From positions 372,001 through 436,000 of the forward strand of contig MCFH01000034.1 of the NCBI GenBank assembly GCA_002104945.1: a stretch of 64,000 nucleotides of DNA, written 5' to 3'. The notes below the pieces were generated by a model. It made no database searches. It had not been told where the DNA came from and worked only from the letters and a program-made list of their open reading frames with translations. Positions 12,420-27,225 of the stretch are shown piece after piece. Made by a program: the position numbers and the translations under genes. This DNA comes from Piromyces finnis finn (Eukaryota > Fungi > Neocallimastigomycota). How positions within the stretch are numbered: the first letter of the stretch is position 1; the number at the start of each line of letters is the position of its first letter.

Positions 12420-14939
12420 ATGGTTGTATCGAAAAATTCCCACAGTCAACGTATTGTAGAAAACCTTTTCAATGATCAACAATTAAATAACAAAAATGGC
12501 AAAGAAAAATTAGAAAAAAGTAGTAAGCCAAAAAATGTAAAGAAAAATAAAAAAGAGAAATTAAACGAAGTAAAAAAGGGATTATCACTTCAAACTCAAT
12601 ACGATTCAAATCAGTATGATGAATTTCTTTCAGCCACACCTGATTATCTTTCAGCTCAAACCTATGAACAGCAACAAAAACATCAGCAACAACAACAACA
12701 ATCATTATTCTATAATAATGGAATGAGTCCTAATGGTTCACAAATTCAAACTGATTATTATAGCATATATAATCAATTAGCTAACAATACCCTCTTAGAA
12801 AATGTATTAAACTATAATGGCTATTCTAGTCCTCAACAGCAAATGAATTCTTATTATTCCCCAGTAAGTAATGTTAGTCCAGTATACTCAGCATATTCAG
12901 ATTTTGGAAGAAGTCCATATGTAATGTATAGTCCAAATGTATATTCCTACCCACTTTCGGCCCCAATTGATTACAACGGATATACTATGCCATATGATTT
13001 AGGATTAGATCAACCTATTAAAAACGCAAAAAAATCCAAAAAGAAGAGTGTTAAAAAGCAGGCAATAAGAGATTATAAAAATCATGAACAACAGGTTATT
13101 GATCAATTCCATAAGAATATGAATGAAAATAAACCAAATAAAATAGCTGGAAAGAAAAAAATTAATAAGGATCAAAAAGAAATAAAAAAGAATAGAAAGA
13201 TTGCCCCGAAGAATTTAAAGATTAATACTAATTCATCAAAAAAGGTCAAACCAATATTTGATCGTGCTCAAATCATCTCTAAAAACACTACTAAACCAAA
13301 GAAAGAAGAACAACAACAACAACCAATTTTCAATACATCAAATGTCTTCCCAACCTATGAAAAACCACAAAAGAAAAAGTCGGCCACTAAAAATACTATC
13401 ACAAAGAAGGCCAATACCAAGGAACCAGAATTACAAAGTATGAAACCAGGATTAAGTAAAAACACCTCAACAGGATATTCTTTTGATAATCTACCAAAAA
13501 GAAATTCAATCATAGAAAATGTTCTTAATAATGAATTAATTCTTAGCCTCCTTAACAATGTTTACAATGGTTTCACCTGGACTAGTAAATTAACAAACAG
13601 TAAAACTAATAGAAATATTAGCTTCTTAACAAAAACTAATACAGATGACTCATATGAATTAGTCTCTTGGAAAGACAGTCAAACCCCAGGACAAAAGTAT
13701 TCTATTGCTTCATTACTCTCTACAACTAATAATCCTTGTCCAAGTGGAAGTATTGCTAGTGAACGTCGTATTAATCGTAAAGAACTTTTTGATTACTGGT
13801 CTAACATGGCTAGAAATTCAATGGCAGAAGCTAATAGGGATAGTGAAAAGCAAGTTAATCAGGTTGATTCTTTCATTCATCGTATGGTTCAAAATAGAAC
13901 CATTAGTAAAAATAATGATAAATTAAAACACCTTAATAAATTAATAAATAAAAAGTCACAAAGTGTTGTTAGCGAAAAGGAAACTATTGATTTATTTTCA
14001 GGTAGTACTCATCATCCAATAGCTAAATTAAACTATTTAAATGTTAATATTAGTTTTAATTCTGATAATGCCAACCATCATCCATTAGCTGTTAGATTTA
14101 ATAAATATTATAACTCTCAACAAAACATGACCGTTCCATCACATAATCATGGAAAACCAGTAAATGGAAGAAATGTTCAAGACGATAAATTACAATCTAA
14201 TTATTCTACTGAAAAAACTTTAAACAACGATAATCCAAATCAACTTTATGAATATTTATTAAATATGAAAATAGAATCAAACAAGAAGACCACAGAGACT
14301 AAGGAATTTGCATCTGCTGATATGTTAAGACCAACCTCTCAACCAAACAGTACAAATTATGAAAGTATTGCTACTTTTACTTCACCAACTGTATTCTCTA
14401 TTCCAGCTACAGTTAACAACGAAGTAAATCCACATTACAACTTTAGTTCATCCAACAATTATAAATTCCCATTCTACTACTCACCAACCATGAATATTGT
14501 AGACTTTACACCATATTCAACTGGTAATAATAATACATTTAGAAACCAAGAAGAATTCTTTGATCCCTCCATGAATAATAATTCTCTTTTAACTGTATTA
14601 CCACAAAGTTTCAGTAACAATAGTTTATTAAGTTTAGAATCTGTAGCTTCCAGTATTCATGAAATGGACTTTTCTAATGTTAGAACTCATTATGATTTTA
14701 TGAGCGTTCCAAAAGCATTACCAAAGAAATCCAAGAATAAAAAAAGTAAAAAAGATCAAAAACCAAAGGAAACTGGTTACAGAGGAAAATCTAATCTTTA
14801 TCAAGTTCAAGACATAAATACTATTGGTAATGACAATACTTTTGAACCAGATTATTCACTTGTTGATATTATGTTTAATAATTCAAAGGAAGGATCTAAC
14901 ACTTCTTTAGTTGGATTTATTTTTAATGATGAAAATTAA
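12420..14939 (+). CDS. Intronless 839-aa low-complexity (Q/N/S/K/Y-rich) protein of unknown function
   Basis: A 2.5-kb stop-free ORF with higher GC than its flanks. No recognisable domain. Confidence 0.8.
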   Translation: MVVSKNSHSQRIVENLFNDQQLNNKNGKEKLEKSSKPKNVKKNKKEKLNEVKKGLSLQTQYDSNQYDEFLSATPDYLSAQTYEQQQKHQQQQQQSLFYNNGMSPNGSQIQTDYYSIYNQLANNTLLENVLNYNGYSSPQQQMNSYYSPVSNVSPVYSAYSDFGRSPYVMYSPNVYSYPLSAPIDYNGYTMPYDLGLDQPIKNAKKSKKKSVKKQAIRDYKNHEQQVIDQFHKNMNENKPNKIAGKKKINKDQKEIKKNRKIAPKNLKINTNSSKKVKPIFDRAQIISKNTTKPKKEEQQQQPIFNTSNVFPTYEKPQKKKSATKNTITKKANTKEPELQSMKPGLSKNTSTGYSFDNLPKRNSIIENVLNNELILSLLNNVYNGFTWTSKLTNSKTNRNISFLTKTNTDDSYELVSWKDSQTPGQKYSIASLLSTTNNPCPSGSIASERRINRKELFDYWSNMARNSMAEANRDSEKQVNQVDSFIHRMVQNRTISKNNDKLKHLNKLINKKSQSVVSEKETIDLFSGSTHHPIAKLNYLNVNISFNSDNANHHPLAVRFNKYYNSQQNMTVPSHNHGKPVNGRNVQDDKLQSNYSTEKTLNNDNPNQLYEYLLNMKIESNKKTTETKEFASADMLRPTSQPNSTNYESIATFTSPTVFSIPATVNNEVNPHYNFSSSNNYKFPFYYSPTMNIVDFTPYSTGNNNTFRNQEEFFDPSMNNNSLLTVLPQSFSNNSLLSLESVASSIHEMDFSNVRTHYDFMSVPKALPKKSKNKKSKKDQKPKETGYRGKSNLYQVQDINTIGNDNTFEPDYSLVDIMFNNSKEGSNTSLVGFIFNDEN

Positions 14940-16823
14940 TTAAATCCTTTTTTCTAAATATAATATTTCATATTAATTTACAGTTATACCTAATATTCAA
15001 AAACAAAAAAAAAATAATTCATTATTTTTATGAATATATAATTTTAATAATTTTTTAAAAAAAAAAATAATGATATTTTGTATTATTCATTATATAATTA
15101 ATTTATAAAAATGGTTTATAATAATTAATTATTAATTAATAATATTTTTTTTATTTTTTTTTTTTACTTTTTTTTTATTTTATATTTAGTAATAATTATA
15201 ATAGTATATAATATTATTTAATATATTCTTTTGACCTAATAATAATAATTAGAAATAAAGAAATAAAATAAAATATAAAAAATAATCGTTACTACTTTCT
15301 TAATGTAATGAAATTATATTTTTAGTAATTATTCTTATTATATTCTTTACTTTTAAATTTTTATACGAACAATAATAAATGTATATATATTTTTTTTGTT
15401 AAATTGTATGTATGATACCTTTATTATTTTTCAAATCCTAGATTATGTTTTTCATATGAAGTTTAAACATTAGCATTGTTAATATCCTTAAACAGGAGAA
15501 TTTCAAAAACTTTAATGATTTTTAAAAGATAACTGAATAATATTGTATTGTATGGTAATTTCATCTTCTGTCAGATATTGAAAATGACATCAACATTTTT
15601 TGTAAGAAACTAACCATTGAAATAATTAAATGTCCTTTTGGGTTATTGATATAGACTTTTTGCCTTTCTAATAATTTACCCTAATCCATAGAGAAACTAA
15701 GTGGGAGAAAATTCTACGGATACACAGTTAACCATTATTTCAAAAAATTAGAAACATTATGTATATTAAAATATGCTATAGCAACCAGGATGAAAACCGG
15801 GATAACTATTGATGGAGTATCAAATTAGAAGGTTTAGTTAGTAATTACTTAAAATACACTCTTACCTTTTTCATATTTAATTTACATGATTCATGTGACA
15901 TAAATTTTTTATATCATGTGATAGAAACAATTAAAGTGGTTAACTTTAAAAAATAGTATAAATAAATTGATTTAATATAACCTTTTTTGTAATTTATATT
16001 TACCATATATTATAATAAATTGCATTTTATAGTAATTTTGAATATGTAATATATGAAATTTAAATCTATTTTAAAACTTAGCATAATAATAGTTAATAAT
16101 TATTAATATAGAATGTGTCAAAGTTTATTATTAAAATAACAAAGTTTTTATTTAAAAAAATGAAATGAGGAATTCAACAAATGAAACTACTACAACATTA
16201 TTATTTACTTAAAGAGAGGATTTTTTTTATACTATTATTATATCCTTATTAAAAATAGGATATAAAAATTATCAATTGTAAAATATTATTCATTAAAATT
16301 CGTTGGAATACATTTATTGATTTAATAAAGATGAACCACCACATTTTCTATTATTAAACTTTAATAATTAATTTTTTAATATAAAATATAATTAAATGAA
16401 CAAATTATATTAATCTAGATAAATAATTACTATAAAATTAAATGAATTAAATATATTTATATAAATAATTATAAATAATTAGAATTAATAAAAATAATAA
16501 TAATTTAATTTAATAATTTTCCAAAACAATAACAATAAAACACACATCGTTCGATTATTATATAAAAAGAAAGTTTCCCTCATTTAGATAGTTTAAAAAA
16601 AAAAATAAAAATAAAATCTTTAAATTTAAATTAATTTAAAAACATAATAAAGTAAGAAAAGTGTTTAATAAAATATAATCGAATGAATACAAAAATAATA
16701 TATAATTATAATATAAATATTATAACTAATTAAATAATAAATAATATTATTTATATTATTTATATAATATATATTTATCAATTTGTTTCTAAAAAAATTA
16801 ATATGTTTAAAGAATAATTTAAA

Positions 16824-19125
<2,302 letters not shown>

Positions 19126-20627
19126 ATAACAAAATATAAAATTGTTTAAACGAACGTTTAACATCATCTTCATTAATATATTACAAATACAATTATAATA
19201 ATACAACTTTTAAGAATAATCTTTAAAAGTAATGTAAAAATAAATAATAATTCATAGAAAAAATTAATAATAAAATAATAAAATAAAATAAAATAAAATA
19301 AAATAATAAAATAATAAAATAATAAATAAATCAAAAAATAAATTTCTATTCTATTTTCTTTTTCCTTTACCACTTTAAGCACGACCATGACAACCTTTAC
19401 CATGACATAGACACTTTATAATTATTTAATTAATTATCTAGTCATTTATTTACTTTTATATTTAATTTATTATTATCAATCTATATATATTTATTCATTT
19501 ATTATTTATTTATCTATTTACTTTTAAAAATTAAAATCAATGATTTTACCATTCATTAAATTAATATTTCCTTTAATATATTAAATTGATCAATATTTTA
19601 TTGTAATATATATCATCCATATATTACATAATATTATAACATAAATAAAATAAAATTTTAAATATAAATATTTATGATTGGTATATATTGATTTATATTA
19701 TAATATATGTAAGATTAAATATTTATAATCTTTTTTTTTTTTAAAAACAACTACGGAAGAACTAAATTAGAAAAAATGATTGGTTGGATTTCTTTTTATA
19801 TATAGTTTTTAAAAGATAAATCAAAAATCTTATTTAAAAAAATAATAATAAATTGTATTATATATTATATCATTAATAAATAAAAAAGGTAATAAATTTA
19901 TTAATATTATAAATTTTAATAATAAAATTTTTATGGATGAATTGAATCCTTTTTTTTTAGCAGTGATAAATTTTTTTTTTACCAAAAAAGTATGGTTATT
20001 TTTGTTGTAACAAGAAAAAAGAAGATTTAACGATAAATAAACAAATTCTTTGATATAAACTATAAATAAATAATTGAATATTTATATTTTTATATCAAAG
20101 AAGAAGTGTCCTTACTACTTTCTTTTATTCTATTTCTTTAAATTTCATTATTTCTTATATATTGAATATAGGATATTGTTTTTTTTTTATCAAATCATTT
20201 CTTAATATATTAAAATTGACGATTGTTGATTAAAAAAAAAAAAAATTGCAAATTTTTCAATATTAAAAATTAATTATCCAATTTGATATAAAAAAATTTT
20301 TTTTATATAAATATAAAAGAAAATAATCAATTTACAATTTTTTTTTTTTTTTTGGTTTTTAAAAAAAAAGAAATACAATAAATATTTTTTTTTCTACTTT
20401 TTTATTATAGTAAAAAAAATTTAAAAATAGGTCATTTTTAAGTTTTAAAAACTTGATAAAAAAGTATTTTATTTTGTACAAATTTTCTTATTAAAAACAT
20501 ACATAACTTATTATTTGTAAAATATTTATATTCTTGTTTTTAAATATTAAAAAACAGGATTAAATTCGAATACTCGCATTACAAACATTCTAAATTTTAT
20601 TACATAAATAATTCAATATAAATAAAC

Positions 20628-22164
20628 ATGTCTGCCAACAAGGTTAATGTTGTTTTAGGTTCCCAATGGGGTGACGAAGGAAAGGGTAAGCTCGTCGATA
20701 TTTTAGCTAGTGAAGCTGATGTTGTTGCTCGTTGTGCTGTAAGTTTTAAATAATATTTTTTTAATGTTATTATAATTGACTTTGAAATGAGTTATATATT
20801 TAAAAACAACCCGTGTTGAAATTAAAAATAGAGTAAATATATAAAAAAAGAAAAAATAGTGTTTAAAAAAAAACAACAACTAAAAAGTCAATATAAGAAT
20901 AATATTTGAATAAAAATAAATGAATAAAAAATTATAAACATCAATATTAATAACGATAATAATATAAAATAAATAAATAAATTAATTTAATTAGGGTGGT
21001 AACAATGCTGGTCACACTATTGTTGTTAATGGTGTCAGTTTCGATTTCCATCTTTTACCAAGTGGTTTAGCTAACCCAAAGTGTGTTTCTTTAATTGGTA
21101 ACGGTGTTGTTGTTCACTTACCATCTTTCTTCAAGGAAATTGAAATCAATGAATCTAAGGGTTTAAAGTGTGAAGGTCGTCTTTTCATTTCTAACAGAGC
21201 TCAACTTGTTTTCGATTACCACCAACTTGTTGATGGTATTAATGAAGTCAACCTTGGTAAGTCTAACATTGGTACTACTCACAAGGGTATTGGTCCAGCT
21301 TACAGTTCCAAGGCTTCTCGTTCTGGTCTTCGTGTTCACCACTTATACAACTGGCCAGAATTCGAAAGCAGATTCCGTCTTAACGTTGTTAACAAGATGA
21401 AGCGTTTTGGTGAATTCGAATATGATGTTGAAGGTGAACTTGCCAAGTACAAGGAATATGCTGCTCGTTTAAAGCCATATGTTGTTGAAAGTGTTAACTT
21501 CATTAACAGTGCTATTGCCTCTGGTAAGAAGGTTTTAGTTGAAGGTGCTAACGCTTTAATGCTTGATATTGATTTCGGTACATACCCATACGTTACTTCT
21601 TCTAACACCAGTATTGGTGGAGTTTGCGCTGGTCTTGGTATTTCTCCAAAGAAGATTGGTGACATTTATGGTGTTGTTAAGGCTTACACCACTCGTGTCG
21701 GTTCTGGTCCATTCCCAACTGAATTAAATGATGAAGATGGTGACAAGCTTCAATCTATTGGTGCTGAATTCGGTACTACCACTGGTCGTAAGAGACGTTG
21801 TGGTTGGTTAGATGCTGTTGTTCTCAGATGGTCTCAAATGATCAACGATTACACTTCCATCAACGTTACTAAGCTTGATGTTCTTGACAAATTCGATACC
21901 ATTAAGATTGGTATGAACTACTTATACGAAGGTAAGAAGTTAGAATCTATGCCACCAGATCTTGATATTTTAGAAAAGGTTGAAGTTGAATACATTACTA
22001 TGCCAGGTTGGAAACAAGATATCTCTAAGTGTACCTCATACGAAGAATTACCAGAAAACGCTAAGAAGTACATTGAAAAGATTGAAGAAATTATGGGTGT
22101 CCCAGTCGAATGGATTGGTGTTGGTGCTGGTAGAAACTCTATGATTAAGAAGACTGTTAACTAG
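20628..22164 (+). CDS. ADE12: Adenylosuccinate synthetase
   Basis: Exons 20628-20738 and 20995-22164. Motifs: [103 protein letters not shown]. Confidence 0.98.
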
Positions 22165-23051
22165 AGTGTTTTTTTTTTAATTTATAGAAAAAAAGGAAGG
22201 GATAATGATATACTTTTTCTTCTTTTTCTTTTCTTTTCTTTTTACTTTTTTATTATAAATATTAAAAATATTTAGAATTCAATACGAGCAATCAATAAAT
22301 GAAAATATTATTTATATATAAAAATATTTAAAATTTTCTTAATATCTCTCAAGAAAAAAAGGAATCTAAAAAATATTAATTAAAATGTTAGTATAAATAA
22401 AAATAAATAAATCAATAAAAAATAAAAAATTAAAAAAAAAATATGTATATGTATTTTAAATGTTTTTTTGTAAATAAGTGTTTAAAAATATAAAAAGATA
22501 TATGAAAGAACAGTTGCATTTTTAAAACAGCAAGGGTAAATGTAATGCTGTTTTAATAGTGATGAATAAACTTTAAAAATTTTAAAATAATGATTTGATA
22601 TTAGTAGTTGAAATTTATTAATTAGTCTTATTAAAGGTATGCTTCAAAGTTTCATATTTCATATACAAAGCGCCTCATTGGATTTTATCTAACTAAAAAA
22701 GCAGTAGATGATTTATACTTTATCTTAGATTTTGGAAGGATTTAGCCAGACTTTCTAGCCAGAGGAAATTGGACCTCTGGTATAATTTCAGCCAGGCAAA
22801 GTAAAGTACGTACTCTTTGTAATTTCCTAAAGTTGTTTTTTGATAGGTTTAGTAAAACAAAAAAAAAAAAAAAAATACTGATCGTCATCAAGAACACGCC
22901 GATATTGTACCGATAAGACAAATAAAATATTAATTAAATATTCTGTATATACAACATCCAATGTTAGTCCTTTAAATACGAATGAAATCATTAAGAATTC
23001 ATAGGAAAGAGTTTAGTGAACACTACATGATCCTACCAAAGTCTAATTAGT

Positions 23052-23084
<33 letters not shown>

Positions 23085-23242
23085 CCCTTCTTTTTAAAAA
23101 TAACTAAAATACAAAATATATTTTCCATTTTTTTTTTTTTTTTATTACTTTACGTTTAAAAGAACTCTTTATAATTTTATATTTATATTAAATTTTAAAG
23201 TTTTAAAATAATTACTTTCATTGAAAAAAAAAAAGTAATAGT

Positions 23243-23289
<47 letters not shown>

Positions 23290-23488
23290 CATTATACATG
23301 CAAATATTTATTTATTTATTAAATATATAATATTTAACAATTCAATATTGAATTGTTTTATTTAATATTTAATATATATAAAATTTAACTTATTATTATT
23401 ATTATTATTAGTAGTAGTAGTATAGTAGTTATTAGATTATTATTAGTATTATTAATATTATTGTTATCATGACTTTAAATAAATTATT

Positions 23489-26400
23489 TTACATATTTTT
23501 TTCTATAAATAAATTACGATAGTATACAATCATATTTCTTAAGAGGAAATCTCCAATATTTAGGGGGCTAGATTCAAAAAAGATGATTTCATAAAATCTC
23601 TTTTTACCCGTTCCCTTTATTTCCTCTTTTTCAATAATACAACCCATAGCTATTGATTGTTCTTTAAGTTTTTCTTGAAGTTCTTCATATCCATTAGCAG
23701 ATTCTAAATGAGTCAGTGGTTTTTTCATAAATTGTACTATAGAATCTGTAAATGGAATGAAATTATTGAGTTTTGTAAAGATTAAAGGACTAAAAATAAT
23801 AGAAAGACTATTAGATATATCATTAATAAATGAATGATATATTCTTTATTTATATATATATATATTATATAGATATAGATTAGTTTTTTTTTTTTTTAAT
23901 TTTTTTTATTTATTTTTTTTTTATAAATAATATTAACTATATTCATACCGGTGTAAATGCCCTAATATTCCACGAAGTTTAATTATTTCTTCTCTGGGTA
24001 TATATTTAATTATATTTGGAAGTAAATTCAATAATTTCTCTTGAATATCTTCCTTTGTATTTATTACTATTTTGCCAAAAAAAAAATATTATTTATATAT
24101 TTAAAAAAGAAAAAAAGAAAGAAAGAAAAAAAAAAAAGAGTTTTAACATTATAATTATTTAATCTTTCAATTTAAATTAAATTAATTAGGTGTATATTTA
24201 CGTTGTTGTAGTCTTCCTCTAATCATTTCAAGTGTTTCAAATTTTAATATTGGTTTATTATTTTCACTTTGTACTATTAAGATAGCATAAATATTCCAAA
24301 GCATATCTAAAGCTTCTTTTTTTGATACATTTTGCATATTATGATTATTTATAAAAGTATCAATGGACCATACATGATCATTAATTACATCATTATTTTC
24401 CTTGAAGGATTCTACTTGATCTAATAAGATAAAATCTACATAAAATAAATATATAATAAATATAAATATATAATAAATAAATAAATAATATATATAAATA
24501 ATAATTTAATATAATTATTTTCTTACCATTTAAAAAGTCTCTATCTCTTTTTATTTCATGATGTATATTAGTATTAAAGGTATATTCATCATCTACTTTT
24601 TTGTTATCTTTATATTTAAAATATAGGAATATAAATATTTATATTATTTAGTATTAATATTTTCATTTTAAAACATTTCAAAAAGACAACAGCAACAATA
24701 ACAACATAATAATAATATAATAATTACCTAATTTATTAATATAAGACTGAATGATTTTCAATTCTTTTTGAGCTTCTGCATTTTCTTTTACATTTTCTAT
24801 CCTATTTTTGTCTGATTCAGTTTCTGCTTTAGTTTTATTTTCTGCCACATTTCTATTTGTGTCACTTTCATTTTCAGTTTCTATATTCTCATAAATCTCT
24901 TGACTTAATTGTTTTATGGAATTCCTTAATGATCTCAATGGACTCTCTATCTTTTGTTCCATATCAAGATGATCTTTTTTTAATTCCATTTCGCTTATAT
25001 TATCTATAGATGATTCATTCTTACTATCAGACAGTGAATCTTGATTATTAATTTCTTTAGTAGTGCTGTCTTTTTTACTTTGGCGACCTTTTGAAGATAC
25101 CGGTGTTACAATTGTCTTTCGACTCACTATGAATGGAATCCATTTTAATTTATATTAAATTATTATATATATTTTTAATTAATATTATAATAATGAAAAG
25201 AAATAATTATTTTAATTATAGATATAAAACAAATAGGTTATCAGAATATTGTTTTATCATAATACCTAGTTTATTATGGTCGTCTACTTTTGCTTTAATT
25301 TCATGATGATGTATTGGTATAATTTTTTTATCTTTTACTGTATATATAGGTTTTGAATCCTTAATCGATTGTTGCAATACCAATCTTTTAATTGGCGGTA
25401 GTGGATGCATTCCCGATAAATCTTGATGTTGAGAGGTAATTAAAAAGGATTGCGATAGGGAAGGATTATAATTTTTCATTTTTATGTTCTCCTTACCACT
25501 AACAATCCCATCTATATTTTGTTTGAAATTTGAAACATTAATGAATGGTGATTCTAACGGGTTAAACCTATTTTTTGTTGAATCATTGATATAATGATAA
25601 TGATTTTGATGTATATAGTAATGGTAGTAATCGTCTGATGAACTGTTTCTCGTCAGACTTAATGAGCCATTAATATTAATTTTATTTTTGCTTTTATTAC
25701 AATACTTTATACTATTTTTATTTATATTGGAATAACTATTTGATATGTTATTACTATTTTTTGTGATTTGTATTTCTTTATTATTTTCTAGTGGATCTTT
25801 GTCATTTTCACTATTGTTTCTATCCGTTGCTTTATTCATTAAACCGCTTTGACTAGTAATCATTTTATCATAGTTACACAACGTATTATACTTTCCCATA
25901 ATAGAATCCATTGTCATGTCATAAGAAAAATTTTTGTTTTTATATATAGATTGAGATTTTAATGATCTTTCAGAAAGGATTTCTGAACTCTTTGTCATTT
26001 TATTATCTATTGGTCCTTTATTTACTCCTCCTTTTCCACTACCATAAAACATTTTTTTACGATAATCATTTGATGTATTATTTCTATTGAAAAAGGATCG
26101 ACTGGTATGTATAGTATCATCGATATGATCTTTTTTAGGACTTTTATAGGTTTTTGAAAACTCTTTATTTACATCTTTTTTTTTAACATTGTCAATAGAA
26201 AGTGATCGATTATACTTTATATTATCAGATTCAATATTTTCTCTTTGCTCTACCTTTGCATTTTTCCTTCTTCCTACATGCATAACTAATGCATTGTAGG
26301 ATTGATGATGAAGAGATGAATTTGATAAGGGTAGTGATTCTGATGACATATTTACTACTTTATAAGATACTTCTTTATTACTATTAAATAGAGTATTATT

Positions 26401-27225
26401 GCTATCATTATTATACTCATTAAACTTTTCATATATTTTATTAATATTTTCAATGGATTGACTTGAAGGCATACTTTTTTCAGTGATGGGTATATTATTA
26501 TCCTGTTTATTTTCATTTAATGGATCATTATTATAATCTAAGGGTATGGGAAATTCCGTATTTGAATTTGAAAATTTATGAATATTCTGATGTTTACTTT
26601 GACCTTTATCCATTTCCGTTATGAGTGAGGAATGATTGATATTTTCTTTATTCTCATTTTTCAAGTTATTACTTTTTATATATTTCTTTCTGGTATAATT
26701 ACTTAGAGTAGTATTACTATTAGTATAACTTTTATTCTTTTTATTCAAACTTTTCGTACTATTCGTATAACTTTTGCTTTTTTGTTTTCCTGATATTTTA
26801 TTTAGACTTTTATTACTACTTTTACTTTTATTTAAATTTTTACTTTTTTTATGGCTGATTGACCTTTTTTCATGACCATTTTTATGATCGTTTTTATTTT
26901 CAGCAATAGAACTATTTATATTTTTATTTTCATCTATGCTATTTATTTCCTCATTTTTGTTATTTTTGAATGATATTGTATACATGTTATATTCATCTGA
27001 ATTTTTAAATGAAGTATTTTCAGAAGATGCGTCTATATCAAATTTATTTAGATAGTCGTCATTACTTGTACTATCTTCATTATTATATACATTAGAATTA
27101 TTATTTTGAATATTTTTTTTTAATTCTTTGATATGATTATCCTTATCCTTATAACTTATTGAAGATACTATGGATGAACCAGATCCATGTCCCGATTTTA
27201 ATGATTTAAAAATTTGATATTCCAT
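23489..27225 (-). CDS. Large N/S/K-rich disordered protein with a folded C-terminal domain resembling a degenerate RhoGAP
   Basis: The track ORFs 25216-27225, 24678-25127 and 23489-23728 join through phase-consistent GT-AG introns, with further exons near 24530-24610, 24260-24435 and 23950-24065. The C-terminus reads KPILKFETLEM...IIKYIPREEIIKLRGILGHLHRIYHSFINDISNSLSIIFSPLIF. The gene model is well supported; the domain call is tentative. Confidence 0.55.

Noticed and set aside
12469-13926. Short ORFs overlapping the 839-aa gene
   Set aside because: Shadow frames with no independent coding signal.
15400-15860. Moderately complex DNA that might be a decayed gene or transposon
   Set aside because: All frames are interrupted and I recognised no motif, so it is not supportable without a search.
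21170-21665. ORFs 21170-21400 (+) and 21336-21665 (-)
   Set aside because: Alternative-frame and antisense shadows of the ADE12 exon.
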